Below are positions 41,880-54,740 of a stretch of 64,000 nucleotides of DNA, one piece after another. Both the position numbers and the translations under genes were made by a program. This DNA comes from Octopus sinensis (taxonomy: Eukaryota). The notes under the pieces are model-generated. The model made no database searches, was not told the origin of the DNA, and saw only the letters and a list, made by a program, of their open reading frames with translations. Positions within the stretch are counted from its first letter, which is position 1, and every line of letters starts with the position of its first letter. The stretch lies in NCBI RefSeq assembly GCF_006345805.1, contig NC_043007.1, positions 6,634,001-6,698,000 on the forward strand, in the 5' to 3' direction.

Positions 41880-42781
41880 TCATGTATGTATATAAATGCA
41901 TATACATACATGCATATCCCTACAGCATTATGTTTAAGACACATTTCTTTTGAAGTATGCCAGCGCGAGTTGTGTGAGTGTGTTTGCATTTGTATGTGTG
42001 TGTATGTGTGTGTGTGTGTGGTGTGAATGTGTGTGAGTGTGCGGCGTGTGTGTAGATAGTCTGTTGTCTGTATATGCGTATATGTTTATCTTTTAATCTC
42101 TAAATATATGCACACATAGGACTGTTGAATCGATATAAGAGTTATTTCACTGCCAGCATTTCCTGAAACATGAAAGGGCAAAGATGGCTGATAACAAGGC
42201 TTCTAACGTCTTTCTGTGAAACAAAAAAATAACGAAAATCAAACACAAAAAAAGCGGTAATTTATCAGCATCAGATACTAATTTCATCCGAGCTTTGTGG
42301 CTGTTGAGTCTGGTATCGATTAATCAACTAACTTATTTTTTAAAATTTTCTATCGATACAAATAGCTTGTAGCATAATACACCAGATGACTAGATGGAAT
42401 GTGTGTCACGCCTAAGGTCGAATAGATACAAAAGTGAGAGACTATATAACCGGTGTCCTTGGTAATGCCTCGAAACGCGACTTTGATTGAAAAACACAGT
42501 CTGGTATCGTCTAAATTAAGATTATTTTATTTGCGCTTTTTTCTTTACTTGGATTAATGCGATTAATTGAAGAATGTGCAACGCGAATATTCCAATATGT
42601 TCAATGACTGAGATGTGATTGTCTACCTTTTCTTTTTCTTTTCTTATATCATGCTTTAACATATAATCATGAGATGTCTGGTTTGCGCTCACTTATTTTT
42701 TTTCTTTTTTCTTTTTACAAGTTTTCGTTTAAATTGTAATACTACAGACATATTATTAAACAATCTCTCCACCATACCAAA

Positions 42782-42832
<51 letters not shown>

Positions 42833-43902
42833 AGATGCGTTTCAAGTCAATAAAATGCATTCTGCAAAGTAATGTACATTCTAAGAGAGTAAAGAAAATG
42901 GTTACTAATGCATCAGAGATTAAAGAACATAAGACTAGGGTTTTTAATTCAGACACGAGGCCGGAAATTTTAAACGGAGAATTAGTTGATGCCGTTGGCT
43001 GCAGCTTGACACCTACCTTACTGCCGCAAAGGGAGAAAAAAATTGAAATCGACTGGATTTGAACTTAGAATGTAAGGTGTCAGAAGGAATACCACAGTGA
43101 CATCTCCCCCCCCCCCCATATTCTAACAAATCTGCTAGTTGGACGTCATTAAATCAGTTAGAATTAAATCAGCAGACGATATTAAACAACTTGTTTTTTC
43201 TTAAAGACAAATTCCCACCATGCCCCACGTAAACAATTTTCTGATCGTATTTCCGCGATCAAGGGCATGTATGGATGTGGAGATAGGGAGCTGTCTCCGA
43301 ATCCACGTGGTTCAGTGTTCTATTTCGTTACTATGTAGTAACGTAAGCATCTTCTACGAAACTCCTCTCTTTACCAATGCCTTCGAATTTGGTCGACAGA
43401 AACAATATAGAGGTCCGTCCTGTAAAACTGAATTAGTGCTTTTCGCTGCTATCACCAGAAGCTGGTTTCGATCCCAATACGAGACATCATTTATCATAGG
43501 CTGAAATCAATTCAAGCTCTCTGAAATCGGGCGAAGAGGTGATGAGAAATTGTGTAAAATCCCGTCACACGAATTGTAACTATAATTCAATGACCTAGTT
43601 TTGTCAAACAGGTGCGAATTGCTTTGATGATATACGTGACTGTGGAATACTCAAACCCTTTCCAGGCACTTTTATTTCATAGGACTTTTTGTTGATTGAG
43701 ACTTTGCACTCTTATACGTAACTCGGCAAACAAAATCAACCATATAAACGCATACACTGAAACACACACCCACATATACACATGTACACACTTTTACACT
43801 CACAAACACAGACACAGAAGTCCAAACTCTCGCACACACACACATATATATATATAGAGAGAGAGGAAGACATGTCTAGGTGTATCAAGAATTTATTACA
43901 TG

Positions 43903-43934
<32 letters not shown>

Positions 43935-43935
43935 A

Positions 43936-43968
<33 letters not shown>

Positions 43969-43983
43969 CTATAAGACATATCA

Positions 43984-44298
43984 GTGACTGTGTGGAAAGC
44001 AGCTTGCTTCCTAGCAATATGGTTCTACTACTATAGCCTAGGGCCAACCAAAGTCTTCTGAGTGGATTTGGTAGACAGAATATGAAAGAAGCCCGTATGT
44101 ACGTGTGTGTTTGTTCCTCACCATCGCTCGACAATTGATCTTGGTATGTTTACGTTCCCATTACCTAACGGTTCGGCCAAAGATACCGATAGAATACCTA
44201 CTAGGCTTAGAAAGTTCTGGGGTCGGTTGGTTCGACTACAGGCGGTGTTCCAGCATGGCCGGAGTTAAATGGCTGAAACAAATAAGAGAAAAAGAATA
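43984..44298 (+). mobile_element. SINE family A copy (internally deleted head)
   Basis: CTGTGTGGAAAGCAGCTTGCTTCC...GAGTGGATTTGGTAGAC...GGTTCGGCCAAAGATACCGATAGAATA...CCAGCATGGCC...TGAAACAAATAAGAG. Confidence 0.85.
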
Positions 44299-44821
44299 GA
44301 CACGCACACACACCTTGCATCATATTAGCTTCCCGTACTTTAGCATCTCCAAGAAACTGCTGAATAAATAAAGGCGAAGATTTTTTGACAAAACTTTGAA
44401 TCTGTCTAATATTATCCGTTCTTGTTACCTTTAACTCGATTTTTTGAATATCAAGCCATCTTCATTTCTGATTGAATAATTTTCCTATAAGTGTATGTGT
44501 TGACTGTACGTACCTGCGTATGTGTGCGTGTCTGTGGTGTGGTGGTGTGTATATATATATATATATGAGTATGTATGAATGTCTGTGTGTCTGTGTCTCA
44601 CCACTTGGCAAGTGTGGGTATGTGTACCTCCTCGTAAATCTGATGTGTAGCAAAGGGAAAGAGAGGGAATGCAAGACTTGGAATGTGTAAAACTGTCGAT
44701 TCTGGTATTACTGAGTATTACCAGATGGTGCCCTAACATGGCCACTGTCCATATGTCTGAAGCGACAACAGGACAGAGAGAAGGAAAGACTGACAAACAG
44801 ACAGACATACAGACAAACTGG

Positions 44822-44855
<34 letters not shown>

Positions 44856-45443
44856 CATACATACATACATACATACATACATACATACATACATACATAC
44901 ATACATACATACATGCATACATAGGGAGTACTAAATATTTATGCATCTTAAAGTTGCCTATTTCCAGTAATCCGAATCTATTCGATTTTCTTCTCGCACA
45001 ATGAAATTTTCCAATTCTAACATTTAAATTTCTTTCTCTCCGAAATTTGATAGTTAACAAATATTATGTTCTTTCCACTTTACTTCTCAAAAGGTTAAAT
45101 ATAAAACCTTAGATAAAGATAATAAATATGTCGTAATCTAACTTTATAATTGCTCATGTTAAATGCTTATGTTGGAGATTATTTTCTTCGTTACTCAGAC
45201 ATGCTTTCGGTAAAACTTTCACTCAATAAGGATATACGACCTTCGTTTCCTCTTTAAGTACTTCAATCGTGTTAAGCAGAAAGTGAAATCAAATAATATG
45301 AGTTAGAAGTCGAAATTAAGTTCTAATCTTAGATACATTTTGCTGGAAGCTTACCTCATTAATCAACACTTAAAACAATCATGCCACTTAGTATACTTCA
45401 ATGAAGGTAACATAAATGGCGACTGTTTTAATGTTTTATAGCA

Positions 45444-45489
<46 letters not shown>

Positions 45490-46289
45490 CTGTACACAAA
45501 TATAAAACAATAATAAAAAAGAATAAAACAATTCCTCACTTTCAAAAGAATTCCAAAAATGTAGAATTAAATGTATCTCATTAAATTTAATTAAAACATG
45601 ATGTAAGTGGAAGGATAAAAGTGAAATGTTATAAAGTGGAAAGTTAAAATAGTACGTAAACAATGGCTGTGTTAGAAAAAGTAAATACAACAGGAACGAC
45701 AACACCAGTGCATGAATAATGAATCTTGTTCTCCTTTTAAGTTGATGGAATCGTATCAGGCCGAAAACAAAACGACAGGATTTCCAAAGAAAAAGAAATA
45801 GTAATAATAATGGTAAATAATTAAAAGAATGAAAGTTAAATAGGAAATGATTTTATCGGAAGAAAGCACTCTTCCACTTATCAAATGTGAAGTCTGGCAT
45901 AACGGGATTTATAAGCGGAAGTCAATTGAAGGAGGACATTTCAAAATAGAATTAGATCACATTGATCAACCTAAATGTTGATTAATGCGGTCTTTGTACA
46001 CGATGCCATTGATACAAAAACAATAAACACTATGTATTGAAGGACGTATGCAAATGTGCTTGTATGTATTGCACTGTGAGAGCGCGTGCCTTTCTGTGTG
46101 TCAGTGATCGTGTGTCCATATTTGCTTTCTTGTATACGAAAACTGAAAGAAGCAGCGCACATGCTGGGACACAACAATCTCATAAGCAGACCGAGCGCAG
46201 ATATGAACAGCATATGGGAACCGGGTATTAAGGAAGAGTAGGAAAGTATTAGATTTATAAGCTCTATAATTCACTCCATAATTGCACAC

Positions 46290-46575
46290 GGGCATATGGA
46301 GTAGTGGTTAAGAGTGCGGTCTACTAACCCCAAGATTCCGAGCTCGATTCCAGGCAGTAACCTGAATATTAATAATAATAATAACACAACCAAAAATACC
46401 TTAGGAATGAGAACACAGGTTCGAAATTTCTCCAAGACACCTGATGAAGGCTGGAAGGTATATCAGCCGAAACGTTGTGTTAACAACAAACAAGATCAGG
46501 ACATATATCCGTCAAATGTAAATAAGGTAATTAATGTAAATGGTGTACATAATTCCTCATCTCTTAAATATAGAA
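46290..46575 (+). mobile_element. tRNA-headed SINE-like element containing a hammerhead ribozyme
   Basis: A box TGGAGTAGTGG (46297-46307), anticodon-arm-like GCGGTCTACTAACCCCA, B box GCTCGATTCC (46342-46351), (AAT)n linker, HHR at 46436-46481, AT-rich tail. Confidence 0.75.
46436..46481 (+). ncRNA. Minimal type I hammerhead ribozyme
   Basis: Stem I GACAC/GTGTT; core CTGATGA; extra A; stem II GGCTG/CAGCC; GAAA; stem III reduced to the palindrome AACGTT; predicted cleavage after GUU at 46476. Confidence 0.75.
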
Positions 46576-46729
46576 ATGTATTCTTCTCTTTTCCATTTTT
46601 TTTTTAGTTTAGAATGAATTTTCACTCGCCACCGTTTTGGTAGCAAGGTTATGAAGGAAAGTATTTTCCTTTGCTCATCATCCTTTAAATCTTAGGAAGA
46701 CCGCTTCTATTCCCAGATATCGTGGTCCT

Positions 46730-47490
46730 TTATAGTACATGAATCAACGATATGAGTTTCCTCCTCCCAAGAACACAAAATCAATCATAGTTTGCTCCAA
46801 ATGGAGCTTTTATGCTACAGGAATTTGTGGGGACCTCTTGTTCTCGGAATACTTATCTTAGGATGTCAAACATCTGTGGGTGCTACATGCCTAGCTTTTC
46901 ACATGATCAGTCCGCTCTTTGGTTTCTGCTTGCTTTCCCCCTGGCACTCTGGTACTATCTTCTTAGTGGCTTCGATCATTTTCTTCCGATGAATAGATTT
47001 TATTTTTGCTCCCTGACGAAAGATCTGTATCACTTCTTATTTTATATTTCTCTTAAAGTTCATTATCTCAATTTCGTTGTTGATTTCCTAATCACAAACT
47101 TGGACAAAGCAGTTGTTAGTTTCTTTCCTTTGCTGCAAATATTGTTCCATTGTCACATTCGGTGCTTCATATCACATTAATACAGGCTTGAGACCACAAC
47201 CACTATACTTACATGGTGTGTGCACCCTGTCTACATCTTCCCTGATGTTAAAATTTCCTGTAACACTGATCAGCATGCGATTTCGGACATCTGTGCTATT
47301 AAGTTCCTGTAGTGACCAGTTCAGAAGTCCATATGTAGGCTCGGAGACAGACACTGCAATAGTGTTGCTGGCAGTATGCATGCTGTAAGATCGAGTTTTC
47401 ATGATCACATTCTCATTAATGTCCTGGGGTTTTCAGCCCAGCTTTTCTCTTTGTTCATGGGTCCATCATATCTTATCTATAATACCTGTA
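46730..47490 (-). pseudogene. R4/Dong-clade LINE, decayed RT-thumb to zinc-knuckle region
   Basis: ORF 47172-47408 ASNTIAVSVSEPTYGLLNWSLQELNSTDVRNRMLISVTGNF...DVDRVHTPCKYSGCGL resembles the R4 motif N.FA.PVL...FG...W...D..TRK.L...D.DRLY.PR..GGRGL; downstream fragments REQEVPT and EETHIVDSC (CCHC remnant). Confidence 0.75.
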
Positions 47491-48135
47491 ACTGTCACCT
47501 GAATGTAGAGCTTTTATGATGTTTATTTCTAGATGTATGTATGCATGAATGTATGCACCTATATATGTGTTTGTGTTTGTTTGTGATTGTGTTTGAGTGA
47601 ATGTATATGTGTGAGTGTGTGTGTGTGTAAGAGAGAGAGGGTGGAGAGAGAGAGAGAGAGAGAGGAAATGTATATATATTATATGTATGAAAGATTTAAG
47701 CATAAAATGTAGAGCATAAAAAGAAGTCTTGGAGCGAGTTTTTTGCTAGTTTAAGTAACATATATTACAATGAATATCATCTTTTGTGGCTTGTATTTAC
47801 TTGTTTCAGTCATTGGAGTGCGGCCTTGCTGAGAAACGGACAGCAACAGTTTAGGCGACACAAGTGTAAAATCCTAAGGCGCAGTATTTATTGTATTGGT
47901 GTCTTTTGCCTAACCACTAATTCACACACACACACACACGGTAAAGAAAGTAGCACCGTTGTTGAGGCGTCGGTGAGGGATGAGTAGAAACTCACGCCCG
48001 TATGCACACACATATACACACACTTACACATACACACACACGCATGCACACATATATGGATATATATACATGCATGCACATGCACACACGTACACACACA
48101 CACACATACACACACACACACACATATATAAATAT

Positions 48136-48261
48136 AACTTTTAAAAAAGGACAAAAGAAAAAATTATTTCCATCCCAATATGCTGATAACAGACTTTTAA
48201 ATCGTCTGTTATCAGCATATTGGCATGGGAATAATTTCTCTTTTGCCCTTGTTTGTAAGTT
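48136..48261. repeat. Long hairpin-forming inverted repeat
   Basis: Perfect 20-bp stem 48175-48194 / 48204-48223 with 9-nt loop, extended imperfectly to ~55 bp; the element runs on to (TA)n at ~48353. Confidence 0.8.
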
Positions 48262-48351
48262 GGTTATAATTTTAACCTTTAAATGTATTTTAATATGCTG
48301 CCACTTTTTGATGACATGTTTTCTGAAAAAATAAATTATCCTATATTAATA

Positions 48352-48452
<101 letters not shown>

Positions 48453-48557
48453 GTATATATATAATATATATATATTATATATATGTATATATATAACATT
48501 ATTGGTGAATTGAAGAAATGGAGCTGAACGCAGATTGAACAGAAATCGTTTATTTCA

Positions 48558-48636
48558 TTCTACACGTGTTTCGAAAGCACAAATTACCAAAATCCGATTG
48601 AATAATGGGAACATATTGTGTCTTTCTCTTCAGGAA
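48558..48636 (-). ncRNA. Minimal type I hammerhead ribozyme (long stem II)
   Basis: Minus strand TTC-CTGAAGA-GAAAG...CTTTC-GAAAC-ACGT-GTA-GAA: stem I TTC/GAA, G10.1-C11.1 pair, palindromic loop III, GUA triplet. Confidence 0.8.
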
Positions 48637-48710
48637 GAACAAAGGAAATCCGTTGAAAAACAAAAACAGAACTGTTCTGTTTTTGTTTTTCCAACGGATT
48701 TCCTTTGTTC

Positions 48711-48789
48711 TTCCTGAAGAGAAAGACACAATATGTTCCCATTATTCAATCGGATTTTGGTAATTTGTGCCTTTCGAAACAGTGTAGAA
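48711..48789 (+). ncRNA. Minimal type I hammerhead ribozyme (mirror copy)
   Basis: TTC-CTGAAGA-GAAAG...CTTTC-GAAAC-AGT-GTA-GAA; lacks one C of the loop III palindrome (mutation or base-call error). Confidence 0.7.
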
Positions 48790-50373
48790 TGAAATAAAAC
48801 GATTTCTGTTCAATCTGCGTTCAGCTCCATTCTTCAATTCACCAATAATGTTTTAATTTCAATTATCCGCACCAACGCACGGTTGCAACGCCAGATGGTT
48901 GTACCTCCAACCGTGCTGTTCACTGCTGTGATTTTTGCTACTAAGGTATCGGTTAAACTTTTGATTAATCCACTACAAGATTATTCATCTTTCTATTTCA
49001 CATATGTATATATATATATATATATATATACATATAGTTCTGTTTACCAAATAACTAACAGATCTTATGGAGGTACGAGGCTATTTTAGATGACACATGC
49101 GCAAGATGCTATCTGTGCGTGTGTGTTCAAACATTGTGGGAAAACATTTGTGTTCCCGTAAAATATATACTGTAAATTTCGATGTTGTCCGATGGTGCAG
49201 AAATCTCTGACTCGGATTTTACATCGGAATCTCTACGATGGATCAATGTCGACATAATTAGGAAACGACGCTGCATAACATGTGCTAATAACTATTAAGA
49301 CCTTCGTGCACAAGAAAATGATTTATTGATAAATAGAGGCAAATCAGTAGAGTAAGGTGTATGAAGATAATCGGTAATCCAAGGCCGAGTAAATATGAAA
49401 AGGAGAAAAATTATGTCATGATTGTTTTGACCGAAATTATGTAAAACGTTCGGTCTTGTTTGATTATGATCACGTGCAGAAAATGATTCTGACACTGAAT
49501 TCCAAGAGCTAGATTATTTTTACCCTACAAAGGAAATAAAGTAGGGAAGTGGTAGCACTGGTCATCGATTAGGATTATACTTTAGATTATATGGATGAAA
49601 TGAAGCGTAAACATTTGAATATTTGTAGTCTGGCGAAAATAGGGATCAGTATGATGTATGGAAATTAGTGCGACTTGGCAATGATTTTATGATAGAGTCA
49701 TCTTATAAATTGAGAAGTACCACTTAAAATAATTTTGGGAAATAAGAATTACTTAAAAGGCGACCATGTTTTACTGAATATGAGATAGAATCGAAAAATT
49801 AATTTGGCCAAACACAGATAATGTTTGAAAGAGTTAGGAAGGATATGCGTGTTTTGTGATCTAGAACATGTAAATGATAGAGCGTCGCCAGAGATATGAA
49901 TAAAAACGAAGGATCAATGTGCTAGAGGATCATATATTGAAGAGAAGCAAAAAACAGAATGAGCGAGAGGGAAAGAGAGAAAGAGCAACAGGTTGAGTTT
50001 GCCTTTATGATTTCTGGGTCAGGAAAATAATTACCGGTTGAAAACTGAAGTCTATATCATCGACTTCCACCTAGACCCGAACTTGCTGGCCTTGTGCCAA
50101 AATTTGAAACCAATATTAAATCAATTATTGCAAGAAAATCACAAAGCGGGCGAGCTATGGCAAGTAAGAGATTAATCAGTCATCAGTTTTGAAGCAAAGA
50201 TCTAATGCACGGATATGGGTTAAGAGATTACCTAATAATATAAATGATGATAAAATAAATATTAAAGGAATCAGGAAATATATTTAAACAACTTTAACGA
50301 TAGGAGCAGGTTAGAGAAAGTAGGATTAATGAATATAATCTCGATTAATAAAATGTGAAAATTATAAAGAACA

Positions 50374-50404
<31 letters not shown>

Positions 50405-50433
50405 ATATATATATATTATATATATATATATAG

Positions 50434-50492
<59 letters not shown>

Positions 50493-50497
<5 letters not shown>

Positions 50498-50656
50498 GAA
50501 AAATATCGTTATAGGTATAAAAATATACCTATATATAACGTATTTATGAATCCAAATTTGTATTAAATCTAATTTTAGTGCAACATCTTTTTCTCCTCCA
50601 CTTTTATATTATTATTTATGGTATATTTTTATACCTATAACGATATTCTTCAACTA
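50493..50656. repeat. (TA)n-adjacent 37-bp inverted repeat
   Basis: TAGTTGAAAAATATCGTTATAGGTATAAAAATATACC (50493-50529) versus GGTATATTTTTATACCTATAACGATATTCTTCAACTA (50620-50656), one mismatch. Confidence 0.8.
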
Positions 50657-52573
50657 CTATTTTCATATTCTTATTACTTGCTCTGGCTGTTTTTTATGAA
50701 TATGATGAATCTTAATTAGAAATCATTATTTCTCTCCTTTTAGACTCGTCAAAATGTTTGAATTGTTCCTTTTTGAAGTTATTTTTCAAACATACACTCA
50801 CACCAGCATGGCTACAGCTCGTGAGCTTAAAGTAGATAAAATAAGATAAAATAAATATGTATGTATACATGTATACATATATATGCATGAATGGATACGT
50901 TTAGCATGGATGAACTTCTAATGCAATTGAACGAATAGGATGCAACTGAATGCCATATCCCCAGAACATTTATGCAGTAGAAACACATGTCGGACAGTGT
51001 ATACATTCTATATAATACAGTAATAAAAAAAATAGTTTGAGTAAGTATAACGGTCAATTCTTTTTTTAAACGTTCTAATTGTATCCTGTTTGCTGATTAA
51101 AATCCGAAAAAGTGTACCAAGTATTTCCACATCCAGTAAAATATATTTACATAGATATGTACACATATGAACATGTATATATATGATCCCATACATTATT
51201 AATCTAACCTCGTGTCGTTGCTAATGTAAGGTTTCTATTTCAGTTCCTTATTACATATTACATCCTAGGCATTATATCACAGAATAACCGATGTTTGAAT
51301 TTAATAATATTTCCTTTGAAATATTTCCATATATTTTTATGATCTATTACAACATCAATATCGTTTAAATATATTTCCGAGTAAATATAGGAAAATATAT
51401 TGACATACATTTCTATAAAAACATTGCAGAAACAGAAAAGCTTGAAAGAACAATATATATTGTACATTTCAATATTGCACGTATATTACCGAACAAACAT
51501 GTACGATACAGCAAGTTCTGGTCCAGATCCTACGGGGGAACCTCTAGAGACCCCTTCAATCTTTGTGAACGATTGATAATTAATCCTGTATATTTGTCAT
51601 GGTCGGGCTTGACCATACAATAGTTCAAGAAATTAAAATATTGTAATCTCAAAGATTTGGACAAGAAAAGCTGCATTTTAAAGAAATAGAAAGATCAGAA
51701 AACCGTATTTTTCGCGATATATGAATCAATAAAAGCGCATCTATTTCTATTAATTGCAAAATTAAATTATATTGCATTTCTTTATTTACAAATAATACAT
51801 AGCACGTGGCATTTTAGCTAGTCTGCACTAAATCCTTAGATTTCATTGGCAGGGTCTTCACTTTCTCATGTATAGCATAAGTATGGAATTATGTTTAGTA
51901 AATTATGTGTATATTTCTTTTCAAATATTATTTGATTCCGCTACTTGAGAAATAGACTGGAGAAACAGCATAGAATCGGTATTCTCATTGGGAGACATAA
52001 ATCTTTATTCTTCGAACACATAACACATTATGAAAGACGAAAGATTCTCATCCATTTCTAAGTAATTCTCATGCATTCAGTGAAATATGTGGTGTTAAAT
52101 TACAATTAATGACTAAATAAAGGATAAAAATATCGCTTTCATTATATAATACTGCTTACAATGGATCCTAGAACTGATGATATATTTCATATTTCCTTGT
52201 GTATCGATACATAACACCAATTTTCCATTATAAATTGTCAGGATGCCAGATTAACGTAATGATGTAAACATTCTTGTGTTCTTTAAATACATCATAGTAT
52301 TTAAAGTTTCCATACTCCAGTAGTTTATATCCTCTCAATTCTAATGGTTGGTGCATGAGAGGGGACAAATCTATACAATACGTTTCCGAACCGTCTATCG
52401 ACATCAACATTACATTGATATCAAATGTATGTGGACCTGGAAAGAAGTATCATTTGAATGAATAAAACAATAGCAATATATGTGAATGTATGTATGTGTT
52501 TACAAGTGTGTCTATGACTGATGCCTATCTATTATTTATCGCTCTCTCTCTATATATATATATACATACATAC

Positions 52574-52606
<33 letters not shown>

Positions 52607-52798
52607 TATTATATAAAAGGGCTTAGTAAAATAAATTACTTTGCCGCATACTGAACTCATTAGAAATAGCAGCTAAAAAACTTTTTTAAAGCTATTTCTA
52701 ATACTTAAAGAAAATCTCTCTCATATATAGTGTTTGCTTAATTCAACTCACAAAAGTTTGGGGGTAAGGACATCGAAAAATCAAATGCTAAGGTTATT

Positions 52799-52850
52799 TG
52801 AGAACGTACGTTTCAAGATTAGTCAAAACAACACTTCTATCATCAGCTCA
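52799..52850 (-). ncRNA. Hammerhead ribozyme, inverted unit
   Basis: Reverse complement of the motif at 53606-53657. Confidence 0.75.
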
Positions 52851-53605
52851 GAAATTCCTTGGTTTGGATTTGGAAACACTGAAAATAAGAACATACCCTT
52901 TCGAAGATCTGCTCGTAACTAACAGTGCCAACAAATTCAAATAAGCAAGTGAAGAATCTCTGTTCTCCCCCTTCCACCAGCGTGGGTTAAAATCATCAAA
53001 CACTATGCTTATTTCGGTAAAATCCGAAGCATTAATCAGAGGGAGATTAATTATAATTTCAACAATTGAGGGTAAAATTAATTAATTATTAATCAATTTC
53101 ACCAATGTTCAGTATGCAAAGGGACCATTCAAGCGAATTCAAATTATTACATTATATAAAAGAGCTTAGTAAAATAAATTACTTTGGCCGCATACTGAAC
53201 TCATTAGAAATAGCAGCTAAAAAACTTTTTAAAGCTATTTCTAATACTTAAAGAAGTTCAGTATGCGGCAAAGTAATTTATTTTACTAAGCCCTTTTATA
53301 TAATGTAATAATTTGAATTCGCCTTGAATGGTCCCTTTGCATACTGAACACTTGGTGAAATTGATTAATAATTAATTAATTTTACCCTCAATTGTTGAAA
53401 TTATAATTAATCTCCCTCTGATTAATGCTTCGGATTTTACCGAAATAAGCATAGTGTTTGATGATTTTAACCCACGCTGGTGGAAGGGGGAGAACAGAGA
53501 TTCTTCACTTGCTTATTTGAATTTGTTGGCACTGTTAGTTACGAGCAGATCTTCGAAAGGGTATGTTCTTATTTTCAGTGTTTCCAAATCCAACCAAGGA
53601 ATTTC

Positions 53606-53657
53606 TGAGCTGATGATAGAAGTGTTGTTTTGACTAATCTTGAAACGTACGTTCTCA
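53606..53657 (+). ncRNA. Minimal type I hammerhead ribozyme, unit 1
   Basis: TGAG-CTGATGA-T-[AGA/TCT, AGT/ACT]-T-GAAAC-GTAC-GTT-CTCA: stem I TGAG/CTCA, palindromic AACGTACGTT stem III, GUU triplet. Confidence 0.78.
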
Positions 53658-54146
53658 AATAACCTTAGCATTTGATTTTTCGATGTCCTTACCCCCAAAC
53701 TTTTGTGAGTTGAATTAGCAAACACTATATATGAGAGAGATTTTCTTTAAGTATTAGAAATAGCTTTAAAAAAGTTTTTTAGCTGCTATTTCTAATGAGT
53801 TCAGTATGCGGCCAAGTAATTTATTTTACTAAGCCCTTTTATATAATTTAATAATTTGAATTCGCCTTGAATGGTCCTTTGCATACTGACACTTGGTGAA
53901 ATTGATTAATAATTAATTAATTTTACCCTCAATTGTTGAAATTATAATTAATCTCCCTCTGATTAACGCTTCGGATTTTACCGAAATAAGCATAGTGTTT
54001 GATGATTTTAACCCACGCTGGTGGAAGGGGGAGAACAGAGATTCATCACTTGCTTATTTGAATTTGTTGGCACTGTTAGTTACGAGAGATCTTCGAAAGG
54101 GTATGTTCTTATTTTCAGTGTTTCCAAATCCAAACCAAGGAATTTC

Positions 54147-54198
54147 TGAGCTGATGATAGAAGTGTTGTTTTGACTAATCTTGAAACGTACGTTCTCA
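54147..54198 (+). ncRNA. Hammerhead ribozyme, unit 2
   Basis: Identical motif, CTGATGA at 54151. Confidence 0.78.
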
Positions 54199-54688
54199 AA
54201 TAACCTTAGCATTTGATTTTTCGATGTCCTTACCCCCAAACTTTTGTGAGTTGAATTAAGCAAACACTATATATGAGAGAGATTTTCTTTAAGTATTAGA
54301 AATAGCTTTAAAAAAGTTTTTTTGCTGCTATTTCTAATGAGTTCAGTATGCGGCAAAGTAATTTATTTTACTAGCCCTTTTATATAATGTAATAATTTGA
54401 ATTCGCCTTGAATGGTCCCTTTGCATACTGAACACTTGGTGAAATTGATTAATAATTAATTAATTTTACCCTCAATTGTTGAAATTATAATTAATCTCCC
54501 TCTGATTAATGCTTCGGATTTTACCGAAATAGCATAGTGTTTGATGTTTTAACCCACGCTGGTGGAAGGGGGAGAACAGAGATTCTTCACTTGCTTATTT
54601 GAATTTGTTGGCACTGTTAGTTACGAGCAGATCTTCGAAAGGGTATGTTCTTATTTTCAGTGTTTCCAAATCCAAACCAAGGAATTTC

Positions 54689-54740
54689 TGAGCTGATGAT
54701 AGAAGTGTTGTTTTGACTAATCTTGAAACGTACGTTCTCA
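54689..54740 (+). ncRNA. Hammerhead ribozyme, unit 3
   Basis: Identical motif, CTGATGA at 54693. Confidence 0.78.

Larger units (their letters stand above)
48495..49000 (+). mobile_element. HHR-bearing (TA)n-flanked element with 178-bp inverted duplication
   Basis: Arms 48495-48672 and 48674-48852 with a 1-nt spacer; the plus copy continues ~150 bp to (TA)n; HHR in each arm followed by AATAAA. Confidence 0.85.
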
